From Phoronis australis (taxonomy: Eukaryota; Animalia; Phoronida), in the NCBI GenBank assembly GCA_002633005.1, contig NMRA01000019.1:807348-871347 (forward strand): a DNA stretch of 64,000 nucleotides, in the 5' to 3' direction. The notes under the pieces were generated by a model that saw only the letters and a program-made list of their open reading frames with translations, searched no databases and was not told the DNA's origin. Made by a program: the position numbers and the translations under genes. This document shows, in pieces, positions 53,001 to 64,000 of this stretch; positions within the stretch are counted from its first letter, which is position 1, and each line of letters starts with the position of its first letter.

Positions 53001-55665
53001 ATTTTTAGTTTTCAAAGGCTGATTACAATACTGCAAATAATGAAAACTTTAAAAAAAATCACAATTATTAAATTTTTGTTTGTCCATCACATAGTGCCCT
53101 AAATAGGCGACGAATTACTGAAAAATTCTAAAATAATGTTCTGTCAACATTCAGACATCTATTTTCCAAAAGAAAGTTAGAAAATATAAATAATAACTTC
53201 TTAATCAATATAACAAATTATCGATTTATTGATCTTGACTGCACCTGAATAAAGAGCATAAGGTTACCTTACCAATGGTCATGAATGTAATACAATATAC
53301 TCTATTTTAATAATAATGAATCAATGCAAAAGATTCTGACCATCAAAGGCGTGACTATGAAGGTTCTTATCCAGCTCTTTACAGATGTACGGCGTGACAC
53401 GATTCAAGAACTGTAGGATTTCTTCTGAATTGTCTTCCATAAACTGAAAGTTGTGAATATCCAGCTCCTCTGTTTGGGTCTGAAAATTTATGATAGAGCT
53501 ATAACTTTGGATACAACCCCCATTCCTCATTTTTTCGATTACTGTTACAAGTTAGTGATTATTGTATGACCATCACTAATAAGATCTCTTCTTTGGGAAG
53601 TCAAGTTGAGAGTACCATGACTGTATTTCTGATTTCTTTACTGCAGTAAAAAAATCAGAAATATAGTCATGATACTCTGAGTTTGTAAAGAACCGACAGT
53701 TTGCTATTCTTTGAGACTATGCTCGTCACATAAAACGCCACGCTGCAACAAACCAACTGTTATCCTGGTCTCAAGCAGTCCAAATGAACTGTCAGTTCAA
53801 TTTGACTTTAGAAGGAACAATATTAAAATCTATGGTAAATAAGTGATCTAAATTTAAAGCTTTTTGTGATGGAAGGCGAGTTCATATCTGCTTCCAATGT
53901 CCTCACTTTCCTCAATATTGAAGCTTTTGCTATGATCAAGATGTCATTTTAATGCTATTTAAGGTCAAATACTGTAACGTACAGTGCAAGACAAAAGAAA
54001 TCCTGAAGACAGAAGTAATCCTGAAGACAAAATACTATTTCCTTCTCATGACGGCTAACTCATTTGGTACAGTGAAAGACTTAGTAATAAATATCAGGGT
54101 GGCAAAATTCTAATTACAGAATGGCATAGCAACCCTTATAACGTTTCCCATTAATTTCCCTTCACTACCAGTTGTTAGGGAAGATGTGGTCTGACAATGA
54201 ATTTGGCTTCTGCCTGGCCATCATGACGGGAATTACGCATCAATTTATCTAAATACTTTTGCCTTGTACAACTCTGAAATAGCGTCAGTGATGGTTGAAA
54301 TTTTTTATCTTCAAACAAACCTGAACAGTGTGTTTCTTCATTGCCTGACAAGCGACTTCATCTGTTAAAACCTCTCTGGTTTGTGATCCACTGTCTGCAT
54401 ATTGTCTAGAAAACCAATTTTTATGACAAAATTTAGCTATTGCAATGGAATGCTACCTCATACCAGTGCGATCTGTACAATCAACTAGACAATCGCAAGT
54501 AGAGACAGTCATGCAGGGCTCGACGTTATTAAAATCGCCAGGTCGCATTTTGCGACCTAGCCAAAATCCCAGGTCGCATTTTCAAAATCCAGCTCGCATT
54601 CGTAAATGCCAGGTCGCAAAATTTTCCCGCCATTTTTACGCGCCAAAATAGATTTTTTAGATCATCGAGAANAACTCAACTTTTTTATACTGCGCACGCT
54701 CCAATTCATGACCTCAATCTTTAAATAGGCCAAAGGTGAGCCATTGCGGTCTTGGCAGTCAAATGTTCGTTTCCAAAATGCCACCACTTATACTTGTCTT
54801 TAATTGGCGTTACTTGAAACTGATTGTATTTCAATGAATCATTGTTTGTATTTGATAAAAACAAATGCTGTTGATATGACATTTAATAGTCTTTTTGCAC
54901 ATATTTGACATTTTAATGTTTAACAACACGGCAAATGCACGGCTGGTTCCCGGCAGCACGTACGCGAAGGGCGGGAACTTCAGCTTTCAAAGTTCGCCGG
55001 TAGGTCCGCAACTTCTGACCTTCGGCCTGGTTAAAAAAATGAAAAAGTTGAGTTCACGATTTTGGGAACTGAAATAGGGACTGCTCGAAGAAAAAGTTTC
55101 ATAACGGGAGTATTTGTTCGAGTTGGAAGGGATTAAACACATCGACAACCTCCTAAGGTGTTCCTCTATGCGCAAAAGGTATTTGTAACAACGTGACTTT
55201 GATGGTTTAGTCGGTGCGAGGCATAATTCGCCGAAAAGCTTCCGGCGTACAGAGCGCCTATAGCCTCTACATCGCCTCTGCTTCGGGCCAACAGAGGCGA
55301 TGGTCATTGCCTAGTAGGGGACGTGCTGCCTACTTCAGTACTTGACTCTTGAGCATTGTGTCGGCTCTGGGGTGTCGTGTCAAGTTGATAATTTGGCTTC
55401 CTGGCACGTAAATGCAAGCAGACAAAGTGGGAAGAATTTCATCATTCCGTAATTATCTTATGTGCTGGTAAGTTGGCCTGGATTTTGAATGTTTGTCGGC
55501 ACCCACCTCCCCGTGATACAGCGTCAGTGACAGGAAGTGTGAAAGGTATTGTCTGCTAACATTACGGTTACAGAGATTATTTCATAACTGCAAAGCGACA
55601 ACACACCTTTCACGTTTCCAACATGACTTGAACTCCACACAGTCCAAACTCTCGTCAGAAAACAT
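44027..55665 (-). CDS. DYNC2I2: WD repeat protein 34 / dynein-2 intermediate chain 2, 11 exons, ~498 aa
   Basis: Exons (minus): 55665-55607 MFSDESLDCVEFKSCWKRER; 54405-54321 QYADSGSQT...; 53479-53341 TQTEE...FLNRV...KELDKN..SHAFDG; 52049-51970; 51630-51396 [27 protein letters not shown]...AYHP..P.MIAGGTFNG; 49687-49548 EVLVWD...HKEPVSKVHW; 49229-49150; 47215-47034; 46198-46041 HQGPVYSVDCSPYHRNLF; 45296-45088 WSPIRPLVFA; 44156-44027 LLATGDGMGYIQIWKL...*. All phases are compatible and the motifs are those of WDR34. Confidence 0.93.
44299..44452. repeat. 23-bp minisatellite x~7 (gagttcattgactacagcracca)
   Basis: The motif recurs with period 23 at 44301, 44324, 44347, 44370, 44393, 44416 and 44439. 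Confidence 0.95.
45615..46024 (-). mobile_element. Degenerate Helentron/DINE-1-like relative
   Basis: gacggacaaacagacggcataatgtgcccacacata resembles the family 5' end in reverse; ccactaggaggtgc core motif at ~45623. Confidence 0.55.
50308..50450. repeat. Degenerate ~20-bp minisatellite (ttcaatccaaacacat...) x~7
   Basis: tcaatcca recurs about every 20-22 bp. Confidence 0.8.
52268..52460 (+). mobile_element. Tc1/mariner(pogo)-like MITE end with ttaaccgccc subterminal repeats; related decayed copy at ~58600-58700
   Basis: Starts TA-CCGTA, followed by about six ttaaccgccc motifs. Truncated near the N at 52665. Confidence 0.55.
52666..52947 (-). mobile_element. 5' portion of the Helentron/DINE-1-like element (reverse copy of 39052-39310), truncated at an N
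   Basis: Close reverse-complement match to 39052-39310. N at 52665. Confidence 0.85.
53609..53679. repeat. ~70-bp imperfect palindrome centred on ctgcag
   Basis: agagtaccatgactgtatttctgatttctttactg|cagtaaaaaaatcagaaatatagtcatgatactct. Confidence 0.85.
54514..54671 (+). mobile_element. hAT-like transposon end (CAGGGCTCGAC...), truncated at an N
   Basis: CAGGG terminus and repeated ggtcgca subterminal motifs. Near-identical inverted copy at 59222-59381. N at 54672. Confidence 0.75.
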
Positions 55666-55820
55666 ATCTTTTTAATAGAATCTCGCAGTTGACAAGGCAA
55701 ACAAATCTAAAGACGAACAGACTGACAAATATCCGGAAATACTTTGCGCGACACCTTGTGAGATTAGAGAATAGTTTTGTAAATGAACGCTACGTGTCGC
55801 CGTAAGTGTTTAGAATAGTC
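55666..55820. promoter_or_regulatory. Compact bidirectional promoter between WDR34 and FAM136A
   Basis: 155 bp between divergent ATGs (55665 on -, 55821 on +). CpG-rich, with an ETS-like CCGGAAAT at ~55733. Confidence 0.7.
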
Positions 55821-55904
55821 ATGGAAGGTGTTCAAGCACGTGTGCAGGAAGGTGTTAATAAACTTCTCAATGGCATCGACAAAGACTGTTTGCGGAAAAT
55901 ACAG
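55821..55904 (+). CDS. FAM136A: FAM136A-like protein, exon 1 only (MEGVQARVQEGVNKLLNGIDKDCLRKIQ)
   Basis: Matches the FAM136A N-terminus pattern (Q.RVQEaV..m...l++..+RKmQ) and ends with CAG|GT after that Gln, where I recall the vertebrate intron falling. No downstream exons were found in the window. Confidence 0.8.
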
Positions 55905-56192
55905 GTTATAGTAGCATCATATTTTCATTGAAAATTCGTTTGTCTAATGTATTTGTATTTCATAATCATAGGAAGCATCGGTACCTGTTTCTTGGAAGCT
56001 GGCAATGATGACTATCCAGCCAGCTAGATGATGAAATCAATGAAGTATGAAGGATTGAAGACTATCGTCAAAATACATCAAGGACAGGTTGGCCTACCAC
56101 TGTGTGTTCAGCGCCATGAACAGACCTCGAAATTGCACACAGCCAGGGTAGTTCTGCTCGTCACCGCGCCGTGAAACCTGTATCAACATTAA

Positions 56193-57838
56193 AGACCGGA
56201 CGGGGTGCATGCAAACTGTGAATCAACTGACACTCACCTTGCCCGTTACAGCCATATAACTTAAGTGAAAAACAATCAAATCAACGTCATTTTCTTGCGT
56301 AATTCCTCCCCTTTTGTATTGAAAAGTATTTCATTGTTTTGTCACGCACACGCGTCCTTTCCTAAAATTTTGCGACATCAGCAGCAAAATTGTTTCTGAA
56401 ATTCAGTTTGCTGGTATTAAAATACTAAAAACTTGTACCTAAATGAAACCAGTTTTGATAATTTGTTGTGACATCTTTGCAACCTCGTGGAAGAAGAACA
56501 GTTGATCGAAGAATCGGCGAAAAAAGAAACTGGCCAATAAGTGACAAATACTTCATGGCGCCGAAAGGTGACGCAAAAGATCGCTCCACAACTTTAGAAG
56601 CATGCAGAATAATGGTAGAATGCCATTTTTTCCAGCACCGTTAAATAATTTAGTTTACTCAAGGAAGATTGTAGTTTTTAATGACTAATTTTGTGCCAGA
56701 TTTTAGGTGGTCAGTTTTTTACCCACATCGACGCAAAGCTGTATATTTATAGCTTTGCGCCAAGGCTAAACAATGACTAGCCTTGGCCGGAAAGCTGTAT
56801 AGCCTGTAGCCTATAGGCCTACTTAATTAGGAAATATGCAGCTTTGCACCAATGTGGGTAAAAAACTGACCGGATAAAATCTGCCGCAAATTAGTGTCAT
56901 TAAAAACTACACTCTTCCTTGAGTAAACTAAATTATTCACCGGTGTTAGAAAAACTGGCGTTCTATCGTTATTTTGGTGCTAAAATTATGGTACGATCTT
57001 TTGCGTTGGCTTTCGGCACCATGAATTATAGTGTCACCTATTGGCCAGTTTCTTTATTTGCTGATTCTTCCTAACCTTGAATGACTGAACATCAAAATAC
57101 AGGCAGGAATTGATGAGGTCGCAAACTAGCAAAATAAGCGAAGCTTGCTGTTTCAGTCCACTGATACTCGATTTGCAGTTATTGAAGGCTGGTATATTGT
57201 CGCCTTATCTGTGGGGCGTAGCATGTTCTGTCCTAGCCTTGGTACAAAGCTGTATACTACTAGTAGATATACAGCTTTGCGCCGATGTGGGTAAAAAAGT
57301 GGTAAGATAAAATGTGACTCAAAATTAGTGTCATTAAAAACTACAGTGTTCCTTGAGTAAACTAAGTTATTTAACAGTGTTGGAAAAAATGGCGTTCTAC
57401 CACTATTCTGCTGCTAAAGTTGTGGAGCGATCTTCTGCGTTGGCGTTTGGCGCCATGAAATATTGGGTCACCTATTGGCCAGTTTCTTTTTTCGCAGATT
57501 CTTCAATCAACTGTTGTTATCTCACGAGGTTGCGTACACATCACAACAAATTATTGGAACTGGTTTCACTTCATTTTAAGTTTTTAGAATTTTGATTTCG
57601 AAAAACCGAATTTCAGAACAAATTTTGCTGCTGCGAAGTTTTCGCAAAAATTTAGCAAATGGCACGTGAGCATGACACGAACGTACTGTTTTCAAAATGA
57701 CAATTTACTTTTCATTGTTACAAAAGGTCGAGAATGACACAATAAAGTGTTTGTTGCATTGTTTTTCACTTAAACGATTGTAAAGTGGTAGATGAGTGTC
57801 GGTTGATTCCCAGTTTTATCATGCACCCTGTCCGGTCT
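56193..57838. mobile_element. TTAA-flanked fold-back element (Kolobok-like) with ~570-bp imperfect TIRs and a third internal copy
   Basis: ttaa|agaccggacggggtgcatg ... catgcaccctgtccggtct|ttag. A ~250-bp unit occurs forward at ~56520-56760 and inverted at ~56835-57070 and ~57270-57505. Confidence 0.75.
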
Positions 57839-59221
57839 TTAGCTCTATATCTTAANTATCGTATTAAGACAGCCAAAGTGAAAATGACAACCTTATAAAT
57901 CGCCAAACGATGGTCAGTTGCCAAGAAATTCTCAAACCCTTTACTTGTTTCTGGGGCTACGTGCGCGAAGTATAATTTGTCTTTCATACGTTGTTGCCAA
58001 CGTAAAGTGTAGGCCTATTCCAACGATTCAAGTGCGTGAACTCACACGTGCGCACCACTTCAAAGAACACCGACAGTCCTAAATGAAAGAGTATACCAGC
58101 TTGGCTCTGGTTTATTTAAAAATGAACTCAGTTTCCCGGGACCGATATAACCCAGAACTAACGTTATCCTGTTCTGATGTTTCCCGAGGTCGATGTTCTG
58201 TAAACCCTGTATTCTGTTCCTGTAGCCAGCTATTGCAACTAAACTGGCACTAGATGCGAAATTGTGGTTCAAGTTAGCGAACTTTTCATTCTTCTCTTTA
58301 TACACCCCCCGGCAACTTTTCGCTCCCCGAACCACCGTCGCCGTAAAATGTTCACAGACTCCTATAGAAACAACCTTGTTCTGGCTGAAGTGAACAGTTA
58401 AAAAAATCATTCCGGGTGGATAAAAAGGGTACAATGTAGTTGGTAACGATATCCAGAAAGTCACCCCTACCAGATGGAGTTTGCCTCGCAAAATCGTATT
58501 ATTATAACGTTTTTTACCATTGCAGCATTTTAATATCTTATTACCGCAAACACTTAGGTTAACGACTATGCTCACGCACTAGCCTACTCCCTACCTTTAA
58601 AGTGTTTCATAATAAGCGCTCACTGATCTATTAAAAGTCCCCCCTTTAATTTTGAGAATTTCCAATTAAGCGCCCACAGTTCAAGCTAGCGCCCATCATT
58701 GCGCACTACAAACGACCGCGTGTGGTTTAAAATTGACACGCAGATTATATGGTGTGTGTCAGTTTCATTTTACACAACTTCAGTTTTCATAAACGTCTTT
58801 TCACAATATGTAATAACCAAATCCCGGCTTTGTTTTATACCTCGGAAAGAAAGTTAACACTAGTGACGTGCGTGTCGTTTTGCGACTGACATTTTTCCCG
58901 TACTTGGAAGGTATTGAAGAGCAAACTCGCGATTACCCGAGTTAGTTTGAATCGTTAACGACAGACCAGATCTAACAAAATCCCGGATACTTTTTCAACG
59001 GGTATTTTCTCCCTTTTCACATTGCAAATTTAGCTACTCGAATGCACAAGTCAGTTAGAGAGCACTGATTCAACTTTCACGCCGGCAACTTGCCTTGCGC
59101 TCTAGAGACTTTCAATGGCGGTCGTGAAGAACAGTAAGGCCGTACCTGCATGAATGAAGTCTATTTTGAGATCCGAAATTTGTGAGTATTTAACCCTGCA
59201 GGTAAGAGCATAATCTAAACA

Positions 59222-59381
59222 TTTTCTCGATGATCTAAAAAATCTATTTTGGCGCGTAAAAATGGCGGGAAAATTTTGCGACCTGGCATTTATGAATGCG
59301 AGCTGGAATTTGAAAATGCGACCTGGGATTTTGGCTAGGTCGCAAAATGCGACCTGGCGATTTTAATAGCGTCGAGCCCTG
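59222..59381 (-). mobile_element. hAT-like transposon end, inverted relative to 54514-54671
   Basis: ...gcgtcgagccctg terminus; ~157-bp reverse-complement match with few mismatches. Confidence 0.75.
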
Positions 59382-59416
59382 ATATGTGACATAGCTGAGT
59401 ACAGTGTTCAACTTAC

Positions 59417-62400
59417 AGGCATTCTGTGATGGATATGTGACATAGCTGTTGAAGATTCCACTGTTATGACTGTGTATGAATATATAGGCTCACCGTTCTA
59501 CAAAAAAATAGAGCCATTTCAAGGACACATTTATGAACTCACACAGCTGTTCTTAGCAAATTAAGAGACACCCGTGCCTGCTTGCTTACTTTATTTGAAG
59601 GTCCAAGTGCTCAAAGTTTTGGTTGTATTTGGACAAGACGGTAGATGAGGACCTGGTAATAACCTGAGAATTGGAAACTTTTTAAAGAGGCATGGAACGC
59701 AAAGCTCGACAAACATTGATATCTTTAAACAATTCCTGAAGAAAGTACCATCTCACATTGTCTGATACAGAGGAATTTACTAAAAGACAATGTAATTAAA
59801 AAAACTGTTATGAACAAACGCTAGGAATACCAGGTCAGTATGTTGAATTCTGTTTCAGTTGTTGAGAACCACTTTCAATATTGCAATTTAGCCTGTTTAT
59901 CATGTTCCATACCTCTTTAAATGATGTTTTTTTAGAAAAGCTGCAAAAGTGGGCAGAACTAGATGTCTGACAACCTTCAAATTTTATACCATGCAGTTGT
60001 GATTTGAATATCTCCTACTTACCAAAAGAAATATAATAAAATTGACAAAAGTATAATATGCATCAATCATAGACCACCTCCAACACTGTGAGAATTCGGA
60101 TGACTAAATGAAGGTGTGTTTCACAAAAGTAGTTCACTCTAAACAATTCATCAGTAAAAATAGTAGCAATATATCCAGTAATCAAAGCTGCGCACATGTG
60201 CCACAAGTTACATAGATTACAAGAGCAATGATAGGACTTTGTGTATGCAGTTTTAGATGACATCACTAACACAGAGCTTAATATACACAACACCATAGCA
60301 TACGCAACAGCAAATGACGAGCAGATATGTTATGTAAGCTTGCACATTATACCCAAGCTATGTTGAAATCTTATTTCATAATCACAACATTCATTAGTTA
60401 AATATCAGCCACACAGTCCAACAGAGGTCGAACAACATTAAACACAATTCATGTAGCTTCTATTACCTCACCACATTTGCAAACATCAAACAAGCCAGCC
60501 ATCTTAAGCAGACCTCGGCTCTCACAGTCTGCAAAACAACAAAAGAGGGAGCCATTGTTAGTTCCTCCCTGAAAACTTCTGAAGCAGAATATTTGCTTGT
60601 GATATCAAGCATCGCTGCCATTGCTTCTTATTCCTGGTATTGCCATCATCTACGATGCTGCTGTCATTTATTCAATGCATTGTGGGACTGTTGTCAGTTC
60701 ATGAAGATCCTATGACATCACAGAATAATGGAAAGCATAGGAGAACAAAAAAGTTAATTATCAAAAATGCAAAGTACTAATAAGATTACATGGTTTAAAC
60801 TTATCTTTGGTGCCACCAGAAGTTAACACGTTTATCAGTCAATAACCAGTGAACTCAACAAACAAATGTTTTCAAATGTTAAAGAGCCCACAACCTGTGA
60901 TGAGGCTGACGGTGAAGCTAACAATATCAGCAACACCATTACTTCAAAACTTATAACACGTAAGATCTATTTACATACACGGAGCTAGAGCTACATCAAC
61001 ATAATTCAAAAAATGGAAGACAGCGCCACCTTGTGTCAGATTTCACCCCTGAAACAACTGCTGACATTCATTACACATGATTGAGAGCATGGCCTACCAT
61101 TTCCACTTGGTATTTCGTCCTTCACGGTCTCTTCATGGTCACCACCAGCAGTGCCCTCTGGTGAACAGCGCCTAGAGTAAATGTAGTAAGGCTGCTTCAA
61201 ACCTCCGCTTGTCTTCCACTCGTAAAAGCTAAAAGGAAAACTCAAGTTGAAAAACGAGCAGCGGTAACATCACGATAGCTTGGTGAAAGAGGACGGTCCT
61301 GGCAGACATGCACAGATGATGGAGCTTGGAATGTACATAGCAAGGTCAGAGTAAACAATACGTGTAATTGTAAATGTAACAGTAAAAAAGTGTCCTATAT
61401 AAAAAGTTATTTATGTAAGGCAGACTAATAACTTCTTCAAACTACCATTTCAAGCAGGATGGGTGCCAGTTGAATGCAGTAGACTCATAAATACTTTGGA
61501 CAGTGAGACAACTGTAACTAGAGTTTCGTCACACTGAAGAACCAAGTATCACTCTCTTGCTTTAACCTTCAACAGTTGAGTTTTTGAAAATCATCCCACA
61601 TACTATTGACTCAACTGGATACATGCTTAACCTACAGTTGGTGTCTCCAGGCCCAAGGTTTCTGTCCACATGGACACAAAGTAGGGCTATGGTGATGAGG
61701 TGCAACTTATACTACCTTGAAGAGGTACGCTACGTTGCAATACATGTCAAGTTATAGCAGGTTTACCTTTTGTCCACACAGTAACTTGCAGTTGGATCAT
61801 GTTGTTCCAAGGACAACTACGTGCTGCGTTGTCCATAAACCAGCGTTGGGACAACTGCCCACGTGTACACAGTATTAGCAGAAATCCACGTGGACTTAAC
61901 GTTTGACATCTGTAAACCTACAGAAACCTTACACCTGACAAGAAATTTGCTCTGACAAGTAAAAATGTCCAATTTCAAAGACTTCTGACATTGCTTTGAA
62001 AGCCCACAATTTCTGACAACACTGCCATAGGGTACCTGTGTTACAGTACTTCAGTGTCCACCTACCCATCAGCCAGTACTACACATCTCTGTCCACTCTC
62101 CAGTGGCCTCACAAACGACCTCTTCTCCCTCAGGGACTCACTGCGGCAGTTGCTCATCTTGTAACCAAATTTCTTGACGTCTCCGCGATGCCAGGATGGG
62201 ACAAGTCCCCACAGCATTGGCTGAAGAACTCTGTCACTGTCTGCTTCACCATTGGAACAGTTGGAGGCAGATATCAACACAGGCCTGCACACAAGATGGC
62301 CTCTCACACATTATGACATTCCAATGAGACAGGTGCAGTGAGATGTCAATACACACCTGCATAAAACACGCATACACATTGACACAGTTTTTCTCCACAA

Positions 62401-63638
62401 GTTTTGTATTTTTGTAAAATGCCCTTTCTAGACTTCTTTTTTAAAGAACACAGACTTTACTTAAAGATGGTTAGCAAGTGCAAGTTTCACCATCAGTAAC
62501 ATCATCAACCTCAAATGTGAGGTCATCCAAGGACACCTCCCAACTGTATGCATAAGGCCCAGGATGAAAAGAGGGAAAAATACCAGCCAGTCTTGACAAA
62601 AAATGGCAATGTTCTGATTTCATTTTCAGACCGTCGTAAATAATTGAGTTGTGATTGAAACATAGCAATTCAACAATTGTCGTTCTCTATGGTTACACTG
62701 TGACCAAAATGGAGCTCACAAGCGTTTTTTTTTCAATCATCACAAACAGCTCACTTTGAAGTCGGACAACTTCTGAGTAACCCATGGATCTTACAAATCT
62801 AGCACAAAGATGATAAATTGAGCTTGCTACTGTAGAATTTTGGAACTGTAAGCAAGCCATTTCCTACAAATACAAGTTGAGGGGATGGGTGTTTAGTTCA
62901 GCCAAGTCTGAAAATGCGCAATGGCGCATATAGGGACATCAGTGATTGTTAAGGCGAATATGGCAACACAGTGGTGGTCGCGACCAACATAACTTTAATG
63001 TTAGGATAATGCTATCTCAAACAAAAAAGTAATGAACAAAATGTTTTGTACTAGTAAAGCATGACTTGCTGAGAGATCCTGAGACAATTATTAAAAAATA
63101 ATTACTTTTGAATTTGTAACTGTTGAAGTTTGCCTCATTCTGTAACATGAGCGATGGCAAGAGCTGACATGAACCCACATTGTGCATCACAAATAGTACA
63201 CACAAAAAGGGTGTGCATTGGTTCAAATATATGGTGAGTTGTCAAATCAATCAGTTTGAACAGTTGCTGTATCAATCAGTCGTACATTGAGACAGCCACA
63301 AAAGACAATATTGCCACTGTGGAGCACCCAGTAGTCAGATGTGTATGGAAATCAATTTCAACAGAGAATTCTGAAATTGCCACAAGGGGACAGTGAACGC
63401 AGTGTTTAGACCAATCTCTGAAAGTCGACGGATAACACCAATACGCAACGTCATACCGTGGATGGATGAACAGCATGAGTGACAGTTGTTTTCAACTTAC
63501 GTGCACTGGCCAGGTGACATATTGTATGATGGGAAATATTGTTGCCCAGCAACTGGTGAGAACCATGTCGGTTGTTTAGCGTTTCCATGGCGATCCTTGT
63601 AAGAGCATGCCTTTTGAAGACAAACAGGATCTAGAGAA
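59417..63638 (-). CDS. HMCES: HMCES (SRAP-domain abasic site processing protein), five internal exons; 5' end outside the window, 3' exons not found
   Basis: Exons: 63638-63501 SLDP..LQKACSYKD...PTW...YFPSYNMSPGQCT; 62284-62066 PVLIS...LQPMLWGLVPSW...NCRSESL.EKRSF..PL..GQRCVVLADG; 61228-61098 FYEWK...KQPYYIY; 60528-60467 LLKMAGLFD; 59497-59417 IYSYTVITVESS...IHHRMP. These are hallmark SRAP motifs and the phases are compatible. Confidence 0.93.
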
Positions 63639-63704
63639 CTGTAACAAAGGGAACATCATGGAATACAACTGAGTGGAGATGGTGGTCTAAAAGACATGTT
63701 ATTT

Positions 63705-64000
63705 GTTCACACAAGCTGCAACTTGTTCATACTAGGTGCACCTTGTTCATACTAGCTGCAACTTGTTCATACTAGCTGCACCTTGTTCATACTAGCTGCA
63801 ACTTGTTCATACTAGGTGTCCCTTGTTCATACTAGCTGCAACTTGCTCATACTAGCTGCAACTTGCTCATACTAGCTGCACCTTGCTCATACTAGCTGCA
63901 CCTTGTTCATACTAGCTGCAACTTGTTCATACTAGCTGCAACTTGTTCATACTAGCTGCAACTTGTTCATACTAGCTGCAACTTGTTCATACTAGCTGCA
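63705..64000. repeat. 20-bp minisatellite (acttgttcatactagctgca) x>=14, running off the window end
   Basis: Directly visible tandem array in an HMCES intron; no spacers. Confidence 0.97.

Noticed and set aside
54514-59381. A single Pack-hAT transposon that captured FAM136A exon 1
   Set aside because: There is no TSD, and the interval contains the native first exon of the intact WDR34 gene, so this is the resident promoter rather than captured cargo.
59589-59980. Candidate extra minus-strand exons for WDR34 or HMCES
   Set aside because: No family motifs; both genes splice in frame without them.
63705-64000. CRISPR-like array
   Set aside because: Head-to-tail 20-bp units with no unique spacers, in a eukaryotic intron, with no cas genes.

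Overview
AT-rich, intron-rich animal genomic DNA, probably from a marine invertebrate (inferred from composition and repeat types). (1) 283-38731 (+): the 3' part of a very large gene. I read 45 exons, all phase-compatible, giving about 2,620 aa in the window. It encodes a single-pass membrane protein with at least 19 tandem, very divergent ~105-aa SEA/KIAA1549-like ectodomain repeats, one TM helix and a ~560-aa cytoplasmic tail containing a probable ubiquitin-like domain. (2) One intron of that gene holds a 3.5-kb ISL2EU-type DNA transposon (13-bp TIRs, AT TSD). It carries decayed SAP and YqaJ-nuclease coding pieces and, where a transposase might be expected, a spliced gene for a small secreted or anchored protein. 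(3) 44027-55665 (-): a complete 11-exon WDR34/DYNC2I2 gene with one GC-AG intron, head-to-head with FAM136A exon 1 (155 bp between the ATGs). (4) 59417-63638 (-): five internal exons of HMCES. The 3' parts of both FAM136A and HMCES are missing across a TE-filled interval containing an N. (5) Many non-autonomous elements: Helentron/DINE-1-like copies with arrays of CTCF-like motifs, hAT ends, a TTAA-flanked fold-back element, tRNA-derived SINE heads, MITEs and minisatellites. Single Ns at 16215, 26759, 52665, 54672 and 57856 probably mark assembly joins. All family assignments are by eye; no database search was run.
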